Virus record (IMG/VR): IMGVR_UViG_3300034063_000636
Coordinates: 32,001-96,000 of that record
Source: a virus
Length of the DNA stretch: 64,000 nucleotides
Direction: 5' to 3' (one strand)
This document shows positions 38,401-47,970 of the stretch, piece after piece. A program made the position numbers and the translations under genes. Positions within the stretch are counted from its first letter, which is position 1. Each line of letters starts with the position of its first letter. Under the pieces are notes generated by a model that made no database searches, had not been told where the DNA came from, and was given only the letters and a program-made list of their open reading frames with translations.

Positions 38401-41400
38401 GACGCATATGCTCAAGCAAATACTGCTCTAGATACGGCAAACGGCGCATATGCCCAAGCAAATGGGGCTTATGCTCACGCAAATATTGTATATGCTCAAG
38501 CAAATACGGCTCGTGATACTGCAAATGCCGCTTATGGTCAAGCAAATGGTGCATTCGATCAAGCGAACGCTGCTTATAATCAAGCAAACACTGCCAGAAC
38601 AACTGCGAATGACGCTTATGGTCAGGCAAATAGCGCATTTAATCAAGCGAATGCAGCATATGACAAAGCCAATACTGCTCTAGACACAGCGAATGGAGCA
38701 TATGCCCAAGCAAATGGAGCCTACGCTCACGCTAACATTGTCTACGCTCAAGCCAATAATGCATACGATACAGCCAATCTAAAACTTAATATTGCTGGCG
38801 GTACAATTAATGGTTCATTGAACGTTTCTGGTAATTTAAGCATAACTGGTAATACAACATATTACAATGTGGCAACTTATGCTGTTGATGACCCATTAAT
38901 TTATCTTGGCGCAAATAATATTCTGAATGATATTGTTGATATAGGATTTATTGCCACGAAAAATACCAGCGGCAACTTGAGTCATACTGGGTTTGCTCGC
39001 GATGCTGGAGATGCTACTTGGTATTTGTTTGATAATCTATTAGATTCTGGTCACCAAAATAACATAGTCGACTTCGCAAATACCACACTCGCAACACTTC
39101 GCGCAAACATTGCTGCAAATAGCATACTCTTGATGGGTAATGTTGTTGCGACTCAAGCAAATCTAACACTCGCTCATAATCAAGCCAATACTGCAAATAA
39201 TACTGCGAATGGTGCATATTCTCAAGCCAATGGAGCCTATGCTCACGCTAATATAGTTTATGCACAAGCCAATGCTGCATTTAATCAAGCCAACGCTGCT
39301 TATGATAAGGCAAATGGCGCATTTGATACTGCTAATGGTGCATATTCTCAAGCGAACGGTGCTTATGCCCACGCGAATATTGTTTATGCTCAGGCTAACG
39401 CTGCATATGATAATGCAAATACCAGAGTTCTAAAATCTGGCGATACAATGACAGGCAATCTCAATGTGAGTGCCTTCATCATTACTAATAATGTTCAGCC
39501 AAATTTAAATGTTACATACGACCTTGGTTCACCAACCAAGAGATATAAGAATCTTTATCTTTCAAATAATGCACTACATTTGGGTGATGCGGTAATCACA
39601 TCAAATGGATCAACACTAGTTGTTTCTGGTGTTGAAATTGATGGCAGTGGAAATCTAATCGCTGCGTTTGATTCTTATGACCAAGCAAATACTGCTAGAG
39701 ATACTGCCAATGCTGCATACAATCAAGCAAACGGTGCGTTCAATCAGGCGAACGGTGCATATGCGCATGCTAACATAGTATATGCTCAGGCAAATGCTGC
39801 TTATGACCAAGCCAATACTGCTCGTGGAACTGCTAACGATGCGTATGCTCAAGCAAATACTGCACGTGATACTGGTAACAATGCATATGCTCAAGCCAAT
39901 ACTGCTCGAGACACAGCAAACGATGCTTATGGTCAAGCAAATACCGCCAGAACAACCGCGAATGATTCTTATAATCAAGCAAACACAGCGCGCACTACAG
40001 CCAATGATGCTTATGGTCAGGCAAACACAGCGCGTGGAACTGCGAATGATGCATATGGTCAAGCAAATGCTGCTTATCTCCAAGCCAATAATGCATATGA
40101 TGAGGCAAATCTAAAAGTTAATATTTCTGGTGGAACCATTTCTGGTGATTTGGTTGTTTCTGGTAATCTTTCTGTACTCGGAAATAGCACCACACTTAAT
40201 GTTGAAACTTTAAAAATTGAAGATAACGAAATTATCCTCAATTCGAATGTTACTGGATCGCCAACTCTTGATAGTTTCATCACAATCAATCGCGGCAGTT
40301 CAACAAACGCTGTCATTAAGTGGGATGAGAATACTGATCAATGGAAGTGGTCAGACGGCGACACATTCTTCTATGCGTTTGATTCTGCGTTGGATGCTTA
40401 TGCTCAAGCAAATACGGCACGCGCGACCGCCAATGATGCATATGGACAAGCCAACGTTGCTCGTGCGACTGCCAATGACTCGTATTTGCAAGCGAACACT
40501 GCTCGCGATACTGCAAATGCATCTTACGATCAAGCGAATACTGCAAGAACTACTGCCAATGACGCATACGGTCAAGCGAATACAGCTCGTACGACCGCTA
40601 ACGATTCTTATGCTCAAGCCAATACTGCAAGAAATACGGCTAACGACTCTTACGCTCAGGCGAATACTGCTCGAACAACAGCTAATGATGCTTATGCTCA
40701 GGCGAACACAGCACGCACTACTGCGAATGATTCCTATGCGCAGGCAAACACTGCTCGTAATACAGCCAATGATTCTTACGCTCAAGCAAATACCGCTCGC
40801 GCTACGGCAAATGATGCATACGGACAAGCGAACGCTGCGTATAACACAGCAAATACTGCAAACGCAACGGCAAATCTAGCATATGCTCAAGCCAATTCAA
40901 ATTACCAACCTGCAGTCACACGACTCAACGTAACAAACTCTGGCTTCTCTGCATATTTACTTGATCAATATCCTGGCAATAATCCAACTGTATACGTTAG
41001 AGGCGGTGAAACATTAGCGTTCGATCTAAACGTTTCTGGTCACCCATTCATGATTCGTCAGTCAAGCGGCGGAGCAAATTATAACACTGGATTGACTCAC
41101 GTTTCTTCAACTGGTGTTGTTTCTACTGACGGTAGCGCTCAGGGGCAAGTTTCAGGAACATTGTATTGGAAGGTTCCGTATAATATTGTTGGCAACACTT
41201 ATGTTTATCAGTGTTCAATTCATGGTGGTATGGTTGGCAACATTGTTATTGAACCATCAGTGATTGTTGCTTATGCTCAAGCGAATGCAGCATTTGATAC
41301 CGCCAACGGTGCATATGCCCATGCAAATATTGTCTATGCACAAGCAAATGCTGCATACAATGATGCAAACGGCGCATATGCGCAAGCCAACGGTGCTTAT

Positions 41401-42831
41401 GCTCAAGCAAATGGAGCTTATTCTCAAGCCAATGGTGCCTATGCACAGGCTAACGGTGCATACGCTCAAGCGAATATCGTTTATGCTCAAGCAAATGCAG
41501 CGTATGAAAAGGCAAATGCGCCAATCACCGTTAAGGAAATTTATGCTGGCAATTCAACAGTAGTCAATACTTACACCAATATCAATACAATTCAATTTGA
41601 TTCTGACTCTGGAATGGCAGTTGTAAATGCTGCTTCGAACACAGTCACGATTCAGTTGAATAGTACATTCAAGAATTGGAACGTAGATGGAAATGCTGGA
41701 CTTGTTGCAGTTGGTCTTGATACTGTAAACTTTATTGCTGGCAGTGGAATTTCGATTGCTGCAAACAATAATGCATCACCAAAATCTATTACATTCACCA
41801 GTACTGGTGGTGGCGGTGGCGCAGCTAACGTTATCGTTAAAGACGAAGGAACAACTCTTACATCAGCTGTAACTTCGATTGACTTTACTGGTGGTGGTGT
41901 AACTGCAACAGCAAGTGGAAGTAATGTAACAATTTCTGTTCCAGTTGGATTGTCAAATACAATCATCAAAACTGTTTCTTATACTTCCACAAATGCTGCA
42001 GCAAATTTAACGTATGCTCTACCATTAACACCATCAGATCCTTCATATATCTTTGTGATTAAGAACGGTATTGTTCTTACACCAAATACGGATTATAGCC
42101 TCAGTGGAAATACACTTACTGTAATCGAATCTGGTGCGGCAAACGATGCGATCGAAGTTCGTTATTTTGATCAAGTTAATATTGTAGAGTATCCAAATAC
42201 AAAAATTGAAGTTGATTCAAACACTGTCGCTTCGCAAACGAATACATTCTATGTCACGAGTAATGTTGCTGCAATAAGCCGACTCTCTATCTCTAAGAAT
42301 GGTTTGTTGCTCACACCAAATCTACACTTCACAGTGACTGGAAATACTGTAACGTTAAATACAGCTGCTGAGATTAACGATGTATTGACCTTTACACATA
42401 TTCGTGATTTGGGACCATTAGAAGGTTCTGGTTTAACAGAATACAACTATAACACAAGCACATCTTCTGTTGAAACAGTCGATTCTTGGTCTAAGAATAC
42501 CTATCGCAGCGGTAAGTATCAAGTTCAAGTTGAAAGTGGCGCTGGATATTATGCCACTGAAATCATGATTATTCATGATGACTCTACTACAAATTTAATA
42601 CAGTATGGAACATCTTCTTTTGGTTCGAATGTTGGCGTGTTTTCTTCTGACATAAGCGGAAGCAACGTTCGACTATTGTTTACTGCAACTGATTCCACTT
42701 CGTTTGTAACTTATAATAGAGTTCTTTTGACAAAGAGATCTTCTGAATCGTTACCGACAGATTTGATGACTGGAAGCGATGCGTATGATCTCATGTTGAC
42801 TCTACCATTTAACCCAACAGACCTCAATTAA
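35419..42831 (+). CDS. giant long tail fibre (2470 aa): Ala-rich heptad coiled coils, repeated beta knots, two cupredoxin-like domains
   Basis: Many AYAQANG and AYAQANTARDTAND repeats; LKAGDTMTG motifs; three copies of the GNLEVLGN.TTLNVETL.IEDNEIILN..KWDE.T.QWKW.DG domain; two GHPF...YQCxxHxxMVG domains. Confidence 0.85.
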   Translation: MKITITNNNQIGKVTFGKVTRVGDLYANDILDLINTVVYRSGSTMTGNLNVAATIITQNVIPSVNNTYNLGSPTYRYKDAYFGGNTVYIGDSILSAQANSLLTNTFIATTSFVSGGLNVLDQANAAYAEANLKLGLGGGTITGSLTVTGNLEVLGNTTTLNVETLSLEDNEIILNSNVTGPPLLDSFITINRGSMTNAVLKWDESTDQWKWSDGNGVYYALDSSLGAYAQANGAYAQANGAYAQANGAYSQANGAFAQANGAYAQANGAYAQANGAYAQANAASDNANTRVLKAGDTMTGQLNISSGGLVVTGNIVTTGASGDITGVNTIYAGTFSTTAGLNVTAQAANAYEQANNARTTANGAYLQANGAYAQANGAYAQANGAYAQANGAYAQANGAYAQANGVYAHANGIYDVANAAYAQANADYQPAVTRFDVTSSGTSAYRFDQYGSIVDDPTLYVRAGETLAFNLNVVGHPFMIRQSNGGANYNTGLTHVETTGVISTGASAQGKTTGVLYWKVPFELQGNTYVYQCQVHSAMVGNIVIEPPSTIIYAQANVAFDTANGAYSQANGAYSQANGAYAQANGAYAQANGAYAQANSAYAHANIVYAQANASFDQANTARTTANDAYEQANTARSTANDSYAQANTARDTGNNAYAQANTARDTANDSYAQANTARDTGNNAYLQANTARDTGNNAYAQANTARDTGNDAYSQANTARNTANDAYLQANNAYAEANIKLNISGGSITGDLIVSGNLEVLGNSTTLNVETLAIEDNEIILNSNVTGSPTLDGFITINRGSNTNASIKWDENTNQWKWTDGDTFFYAFDSALDAYAQANTARDQANTARETGNDAYGQANTARTTANDAYLQANTARDQANTARDTGNNAYAQANTALDTANGAYAQANGAYAQANGAYAQANLAFGQANGAYAQANGAYAHANIVYAQANAAFNQANTGNDSANAAYAQANTARDTGNNAYGQANTARTTANDAYAQANTALDTANGAYAQANGAYAHANIVYAQANTARDTANAAYGQANGAFDQANAAYNQANTARTTANDAYGQANSAFNQANAAYDKANTALDTANGAYAQANGAYAHANIVYAQANNAYDTANLKLNIAGGTINGSLNVSGNLSITGNTTYYNVATYAVDDPLIYLGANNILNDIVDIGFIATKNTSGNLSHTGFARDAGDATWYLFDNLLDSGHQNNIVDFANTTLATLRANIAANSILLMGNVVATQANLTLAHNQANTANNTANGAYSQANGAYAHANIVYAQANAAFNQANAAYDKANGAFDTANGAYSQANGAYAHANIVYAQANAAYDNANTRVLKSGDTMTGNLNVSAFIITNNVQPNLNVTYDLGSPTKRYKNLYLSNNALHLGDAVITSNGSTLVVSGVEIDGSGNLIAAFDSYDQANTARDTANAAYNQANGAFNQANGAYAHANIVYAQANAAYDQANTARGTANDAYAQANTARDTGNNAYAQANTARDTANDAYGQANTARTTANDSYNQANTARTTANDAYGQANTARGTANDAYGQANAAYLQANNAYDEANLKVNISGGTISGDLVVSGNLSVLGNSTTLNVETLKIEDNEIILNSNVTGSPTLDSFITINRGSSTNAVIKWDENTDQWKWSDGDTFFYAFDSALDAYAQANTARATANDAYGQANVARATANDSYLQANTARDTANASYDQANTARTTANDAYGQANTARTTANDSYAQANTARNTANDSYAQANTARTTANDAYAQANTARTTANDSYAQANTARNTANDSYAQANTARATANDAYGQANAAYNTANTANATANLAYAQANSNYQPAVTRLNVTNSGFSAYLLDQYPGNNPTVYVRGGETLAFDLNVSGHPFMIRQSSGGANYNTGLTHVSSTGVVSTDGSAQGQVSGTLYWKVPYNIVGNTYVYQCSIHGGMVGNIVIEPSVIVAYAQANAAFDTANGAYAHANIVYAQANAAYNDANGAYAQANGAYAQANGAYSQANGAYAQANGAYAQANIVYAQANAAYEKANAPITVKEIYAGNSTVVNTYTNINTIQFDSDSGMAVVNAASNTVTIQLNSTFKNWNVDGNAGLVAVGLDTVNFIAGSGISIAANNNASPKSITFTSTGGGGGAANVIVKDEGTTLTSAVTSIDFTGGGVTATASGSNVTISVPVGLSNTIIKTVSYTSTNAAANLTYALPLTPSDPSYIFVIKNGIVLTPNTDYSLSGNTLTVIESGAANDAIEVRYFDQVNIVEYPNTKIEVDSNTVASQTNTFYVTSNVAAISRLSISKNGLLLTPNLHFTVTGNTVTLNTAAEINDVLTFTHIRDLGPLEGSGLTEYNYNTSTSSVETVDSWSKNTYRSGKYQVQVESGAGYYATEIMIIHDDSTTNLIQYGTSSFGSNVGVFSSDISGSNVRLLFTATDSTSFVTYNRVLLTKRSSESLPTDLMTGSDAYDLMLTLPFNPTDLN

Positions 42832-42842
42832 GGACTTCTTAC

Positions 42843-42850
42843 GATAAATA
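42843..42850 (+). promoter_or_regulatory. late promoter GATAAATA; equivalent NATAAATA sites at 47940, 50890, 54004, 57163 and 59433
   Basis: NATAAATA recurs in the short intergenic gaps at the start of most adhesin cassettes. Confidence 0.65.
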
Positions 42851-42876
42851 ATTGTACGATTTAAGAGAGAACTAAA

Positions 42877-43371
42877 ATGCCAACAACATTACAATTTAGA
42901 CGTTATGGAACTGCAGCCACTGCATCAGTTACTGGTGCAAATGGTGAATTGACGATTGATACTGATAAAGAAACAGTCGTCGTTCATGACGGATCCACGG
43001 CTGGTGGGTATGCGCTCGTAAGAGATGGCGCTGCAACGATCAGCGACACGTTCGGAAATCTTCGTGGAATTCCGATTTCTGGTTCAGAAAAATCTACCAG
43101 TTATACGCTCGCTGCAAATGATGTTGGTCGTTTGGTGATCGTAACAACTAGCGGAAGCATTACAGTTCCGAACACCACATTTGGTGGTGGTAATGTTGTT
43201 TCAGTTTACAATAACACAAGCAGCAACGTTGTGCTTACATTGAGCACTGCGGCAGCATATGTTTCTGGCAATAATACAAATAGAACATCTCTTAATCTAG
43301 CAACTCGCGGCATTGCAACAGTTCTTTATATTAGTTCAAATTCTTGCGTAATTACAGGAAGCGTATCATAA
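42877..43371 (+). CDS. fibre connector with Mtd_N-like N-terminus
   Basis: MPTTLQFRR..T......G..GELTIDTDK.TVVVHDGSTAGG; C-terminal small beta domain SYTL..ND.G..ITVP. Confidence 0.7.
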   Translation: MPTTLQFRRYGTAATASVTGANGELTIDTDKETVVVHDGSTAGGYALVRDGAATISDTFGNLRGIPISGSEKSTSYTLAANDVGRLVIVTTSGSITVPNTTFGGGNVVSVYNNTSSNVVLTLSTAAAYVSGNNTNRTSLNLATRGIATVLYISSNSCVITGSVS

Positions 43372-43372
43372 G

Positions 43373-45043
43373 ATGGGTGGTATTCATTTAGCATTGATGG
43401 CTTCGTTTTCTACCACTGGTGTCAGTTTCGGCACAGGAACTGTCATTCAATCATTCACATCAACTGGTTCTTGGACATGCCCAACAGGCGTTACTTCTGT
43501 TGAATGTCTTTTAGTTGCTGGTGGTGGCGGTGGAACAAATGACCTTGCTGGCGGAGCAGGTGCAGGTGGAGTTGTATACAATAATTCAGTTTCAGTAACA
43601 CCAGGAACAACATATACAATTACAGTTGGTGCTGGTGGAGCTGCTGCCAGCAATGGTGTGAATTCAAGTGCATTCAGTATGACAACAGCTGTTGGTGGTG
43701 GGACAAGCGGTGCTTATAATGGTGGATCAGGATCTGCTGGTAAAAATGGCGGATCAGGTGGAGGTGGCGGCGCAACACCATCATACAGTGGTCCAGGCGG
43801 TAGCGCTGTATATCCAGGATCCCCATTTATTAGTGCAACAAGACAAGGATATGATGGCGGTCAGGGAACTGCAGGTGGTGGTTCTGGTGGTTATGGCAGA
43901 TCTGGCGGTGGCGGTGGAGCTGGAGAAGCAGGTAAAGCAGGATCAGCTGGAAGCGGTGGTGGAGCAGGAACCAATGTACACAGCACGTTACTTCAATCTG
44001 CTGGTTTTGGTGTATTGTCTGGTGGATTATATTACATAGCAGGTGGTGGTGGCGGCGCTGAAGATGGCGGACCAGGAGGAGTTGGTGGTGGTGGAAATGG
44101 CGGATATCGAAACGGCGCACTCGCAACTGCAGGTCAAACAAACACTGGTGGTGGAGGAGGTGGGAATTGGTATGCTGCAGCTGGCGGTGCTGGTGGTTCT
44201 GGATTAGCAATTATTAAGTACACCCAACCAACTGTTGTTGGAACTGTTTATACATTTACCACATCTGGAACTTGGACTGCTCCAACTGGCGTCACTTCCG
44301 TTGATTATCTCGTTGTTGCTGGTGGTGGAGGAGGTGGAACTATTGGCGGAGGCGGTGGTGCTGGTGGATACCGAACAGGGACTGGATTTGCAGTTACACC
44401 TGGAAACACTTATACCATTACTGTCGGATCTGGTGGTGCAGGATCACCAAATAGTGTTAGTTCAACTAATCCACAAGCATCCAATGGATCTAGTTCAGTT
44501 TTTGATACAATAACGTCTGCAGGTGGCGGCGGTGGCGGATCGTATAATGCTCCTGCAGGTGCTGGCAATAATGGACGTGCTGGTGGATCAGGCGGTGGTG
44601 GCGGTTTAAATGGTGGACCATCGTCAGGTGGTGCTGGCAATACTCCATCAACATCACCATCTCAAGGAAATAATGGTGGAGCAGCAACACCTTCTGCTGC
44701 AGCGGGTCAGGGCGCAGGTGGCGGAGGTGGAGCTGGAGCGGCAGGTGATAGTGGTGGAACAGCACCTTCTGCTGGTGGTAATGGCGGTAATGGTGCAGCA
44801 TCTACGATCACAGGCACATCTGTAACTTACGCTGGTGGCGGTGGTGGAGCTGGCAACGTTGCCCCAGCTCCTGCAGGCACTGGCGGATCAGGTGGTGGTG
44901 GTGCTGGATCAAATACTCTTAACGGGACAAATGGAGCCGCTGGTCTTGGTGGTGGCGGCGGTGGCGGTGGCAATGGTCCTTCTGGTTATATGGGTGGCGG
45001 CACTGGTGGATCAGGTATAGTAATCATTAAGGTTGCAGCATAA
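43373..45043 (+). CDS. glycine-rich adhesin (2 polyglycine domains)
   Basis: Two copies of FTS.G.WT.P.GVTSV..L.VAGGGGG...GGSG..IIKY with poly-Gly runs. Confidence 0.8.
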   Translation: MGGIHLALMASFSTTGVSFGTGTVIQSFTSTGSWTCPTGVTSVECLLVAGGGGGTNDLAGGAGAGGVVYNNSVSVTPGTTYTITVGAGGAAASNGVNSSAFSMTTAVGGGTSGAYNGGSGSAGKNGGSGGGGGATPSYSGPGGSAVYPGSPFISATRQGYDGGQGTAGGGSGGYGRSGGGGGAGEAGKAGSAGSGGGAGTNVHSTLLQSAGFGVLSGGLYYIAGGGGGAEDGGPGGVGGGGNGGYRNGALATAGQTNTGGGGGGNWYAAAGGAGGSGLAIIKYTQPTVVGTVYTFTTSGTWTAPTGVTSVDYLVVAGGGGGGTIGGGGGAGGYRTGTGFAVTPGNTYTITVGSGGAGSPNSVSSTNPQASNGSSSVFDTITSAGGGGGGSYNAPAGAGNNGRAGGSGGGGGLNGGPSSGGAGNTPSTSPSQGNNGGAATPSAAAGQGAGGGGGAGAAGDSGGTAPSAGGNGGNGAASTITGTSVTYAGGGGGAGNVAPAPAGTGGSGGGGAGSNTLNGTNGAAGLGGGGGGGGNGPSGYMGGGTGGSGIVIIKVAA

Positions 45044-45219
45044 TGGCAAAACCAAAACAATATCAAGTTCAAGAATTACAAACAGATCTTGGAACAATAC
45101 ACACTCAAGCAAACACTGCTTATGGTCAAGCCAACGCTGCATATGCTGCAGCGAATAATGCATATGCTGCAGCAAATAGTGCTAGTGGTGGATTCGCAAA
45201 AGTCTTTTTCAGTTTATAA
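45043..45219 (+). CDS. mini connector peptide (58 aa)
   Basis: Below the track cutoff: MAKPKQYQVQELQTDLGTIHTQANTAYGQANAAYAAANNAYAAANSASGGFAKVFFSL*; ATG overlaps the upstream TAA; same heptads as the giant fibre. Confidence 0.8.
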   Translation: MAKPKQYQVQELQTDLGTIHTQANTAYGQANAAYAAANNAYAAANSASGGFAKVFFSL

Positions 45220-45231
45220 CAGGACATTACA

Positions 45232-45558
45232 ATGGCAGAAAGATATAAAATTCTAGGACAAGTGGCTGGAACAACTGCGTTTGCAAATGTCTACACAGTT
45301 CCAGCAGCAACATCAACAGTAGTCTCATCAATTATTGTCACGAATCGATCTTCTTCAAATACGAATTATAGAATCGCAGTGCTTCCTGCAGGTGCTGCTG
45401 TTGCAAATCAATATTATATTGCCTATGATTCTGTAATTGCAGGAAGCGATGCGATTGGTTTATCACTTGGATTAACTCTTGGCAACACTGATGTGATCAC
45501 TGTAAATGCATCTTCAAATGTAATCACGTTCAGCGTGTTCGGAACAGAAATTACCTAA
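45232..45558 (+). CDS. adhesin adaptor protein (108 aa)
   Basis: YKILGQ..NVYTVPAAT..VVS.I..TNR..YIAYD..LGLTLGNTDVI..FG.EIT; close paralog of 51119..51445. Confidence 0.75.
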   Translation: MAERYKILGQVAGTTAFANVYTVPAATSTVVSSIIVTNRSSSNTNYRIAVLPAGAAVANQYYIAYDSVIAGSDAIGLSLGLTLGNTDVITVNASSNVITFSVFGTEIT

Positions 45559-45559
45559 T

Positions 45560-47932
45560 ATGGCTTCGAAGTTATTTGCCTTTCAAAGTTTTGCATCAAG
45601 CACGAGAATTTTCAATTCTCGCGCGACACCTGCCGCAGTTGGAGCGCAAGAAATTGTTGTAGAAACTTTCGCCAATACAACTACATGGACTGCACCAGAA
45701 GGCGTCACATCAGTTGAATATCTTGTTATTGGCGGTGGAGGCGGAGGGGGTGGAAGATTCGTCGGTGGTGGCGGGGGTGCTGGCGGATTTCGAGCAGGCA
45801 CTGGTTATGCTGTAACACCAAATACTTCTTATACAATCACTGTGGGCGCTGGCGGTAATGGTGCAACCTCACCAAGCATATATGGATCAAATGGATCATC
45901 TTCTGTATTTGATACGATTACATCTGCTGGCGGTGGTGCAGGAGCTGGATTAGACAATTCTGCACCAGGAACTGCTCAAAATGGACGCGCAGGTGGCTCT
46001 GGCGGCGGCGGAAGTGGTTTTGCAGGAGGGGCTGGCGGCACTGGAAACACCCCTTCAACTTCTCCATCGCAAGGTAATAACGGTGGAAATGGTAGTTCTT
46101 CTGCTCCTTTCTATGCTGGAGGCGGTGGTGGCGGTGCGGGTGCTGTTGGAACTAATGGCAGCGGATCAAGCGCAGGTACTGGTGGAAATGGAACAGCATC
46201 TTCAATTACTGGAACTTCTGTAACTTATGCAGGTGGAGGTGGGGGTGGTTCAGATGTTTCTGGTGGTTCTGGTGGAACTGGAGGTGGAGCCAATGGTGGA
46301 GCAGGCGGTTCAAATGCTCCGAGCGCAGCACCAGCAAGCACTGGCAGCGGTGGTGGTGGATCTGGTGGTGGACCTTCTCCAAGTGGATATAACGGCAGCA
46401 GTGGCGGTTCAGGCGTAGTAATTTTAAAATACACAAAACCAAACGTAAGTGCAAATGCCAATGTCTGGGTATTCAGAACATCAACATCATGGACTGCGCC
46501 AACAGGAGTCTCGCTGATCGATTATTTGATCGTCGGTGGTGGCGGTGGTGGAGCTGGTTATGGTGCAGGCGGTGCAGGTGGGTTTAGAACAGGCACTGGA
46601 TACTCAGTATCACCAGCAACATCTTATACTATTACAGTCGGATCAGGTGGTGCTGCAGGTGATATTTCAAATAGAGGCGCAAATGGTGCTGCCTCTATTT
46701 TTGCATTAACATCAAATACATCAGCAAATGTTTCTTCTGCTGGTGGCGGTGGTGGTGGATGCAATTCAGGAACACAAACTGGATTAAGTGGCGGAAGCGG
46801 TGGTGGCGGTGGTGGCGGAACATCTCCTGCTGGTGCTGGTGGAACAGGTAATACACCTGCAGTTGCACCAGCACAAGGTAACAATGGTGGCACTGGTGGA
46901 GTTTCTCCTGGAAATTCAGGTGGAGGTGGTGGTGGTGCTGCAGCTGCAGGATCTAATGGAGCAACAAATACTGGTGGTAATGGCGGAAACGGTACTGCTT
47001 CTACATTGTCTGGTTCTTCGGTAACTTATGCTGGCGGTGGTGGTGGTGGAACTAATAATGGAAGCCCTGCTACAGCTGGTAATGGTGGAACTGGTGGTGG
47101 TGGAAATGGAAGTAATGGCAATCCAAGTTCTATTGCCCAAGCTGGCACCGCAAATCTTGGCGGAGGTGGTGGAGGAGGAGGATTCCCTAGCAATCAAACA
47201 GGAAATACTGGCGGCTCTGGTATCGTTATTATCAAAGCATATGCAACCGCAAACGCAAACCTTGCAACATTCACTTCATCTGGAACATGGACAGCACCCA
47301 CTGGAGCAACACAAGTTGAATACCTTGTGATTGCTGGCGGAGCTGGCGGTAATGGCGGTGGTGGTGGTGCTGGTGGATTGAGAACAGGTTCTGGATTATC
47401 AGTTTCGCCTGGATCATCATATACAGTTACAATTGGTGGCGGTGGTGCTGCAGGAAGTAATGGAACTAACTCAGTGTTTAGCACTATTACATCACTCGGT
47501 GGTGGTGTTGATAGTGCTGGTGGAAGACAAGTAACAGGTGGTTCTGGTGGTGGTGCTGAAAGACAATATCCATCAACAGTTGGTCTCGGTACTCCAGGTC
47601 AAGGATTTAATGGTGGCACTGGAAATGCTCCTGCTAATGCATCTGGTGGAGGCGGCGGAGCTGGTGGTGTTGGCGGAAATGCATCTTCAACTGGCGGCGT
47701 AGGTGGACCAGGAGCATTCTCGACGATCAGCGGATCATCAGCAATTTATGCTGGTGGTGGTGGCGGTGGTGGTCAAAGTGGCGGAGGATCAGGAGGAGCT
47801 GGTGGTGGTGCATCGGGTGGTGTTGGTCCAGCAAGTTCTGCATCACCTAATACTGGTGGTGGTGGCGGAGGAATTTACACCAGTGGTGCTGGTGCAGGTG
47901 GTTCTGGTATTGTTATTATTCGTTGGTCGTAA
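45560..47932 (+). CDS. glycine-rich adhesin (3 polyglycine domains)
   Basis: Three WTAPxG..EYLV.GGGG...GGSG.VI units; GNTPSTSPSQGNNGG motif. Confidence 0.8.
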   Translation: MASKLFAFQSFASSTRIFNSRATPAAVGAQEIVVETFANTTTWTAPEGVTSVEYLVIGGGGGGGGRFVGGGGGAGGFRAGTGYAVTPNTSYTITVGAGGNGATSPSIYGSNGSSSVFDTITSAGGGAGAGLDNSAPGTAQNGRAGGSGGGGSGFAGGAGGTGNTPSTSPSQGNNGGNGSSSAPFYAGGGGGGAGAVGTNGSGSSAGTGGNGTASSITGTSVTYAGGGGGGSDVSGGSGGTGGGANGGAGGSNAPSAAPASTGSGGGGSGGGPSPSGYNGSSGGSGVVILKYTKPNVSANANVWVFRTSTSWTAPTGVSLIDYLIVGGGGGGAGYGAGGAGGFRTGTGYSVSPATSYTITVGSGGAAGDISNRGANGAASIFALTSNTSANVSSAGGGGGGCNSGTQTGLSGGSGGGGGGGTSPAGAGGTGNTPAVAPAQGNNGGTGGVSPGNSGGGGGGAAAAGSNGATNTGGNGGNGTASTLSGSSVTYAGGGGGGTNNGSPATAGNGGTGGGGNGSNGNPSSIAQAGTANLGGGGGGGGFPSNQTGNTGGSGIVIIKAYATANANLATFTSSGTWTAPTGATQVEYLVIAGGAGGNGGGGGAGGLRTGSGLSVSPGSSYTVTIGGGGAAGSNGTNSVFSTITSLGGGVDSAGGRQVTGGSGGGAERQYPSTVGLGTPGQGFNGGTGNAPANASGGGGGAGGVGGNASSTGGVGGPGAFSTISGSSAIYAGGGGGGGQSGGGSGGAGGGASGGVGPASSASPNTGGGGGGIYTSGAGAGGSGIVIIRWS

Positions 47933-47970
47933 TTGCGCAGATAAATATTCAATAAATCTAAGAGTGTTAA

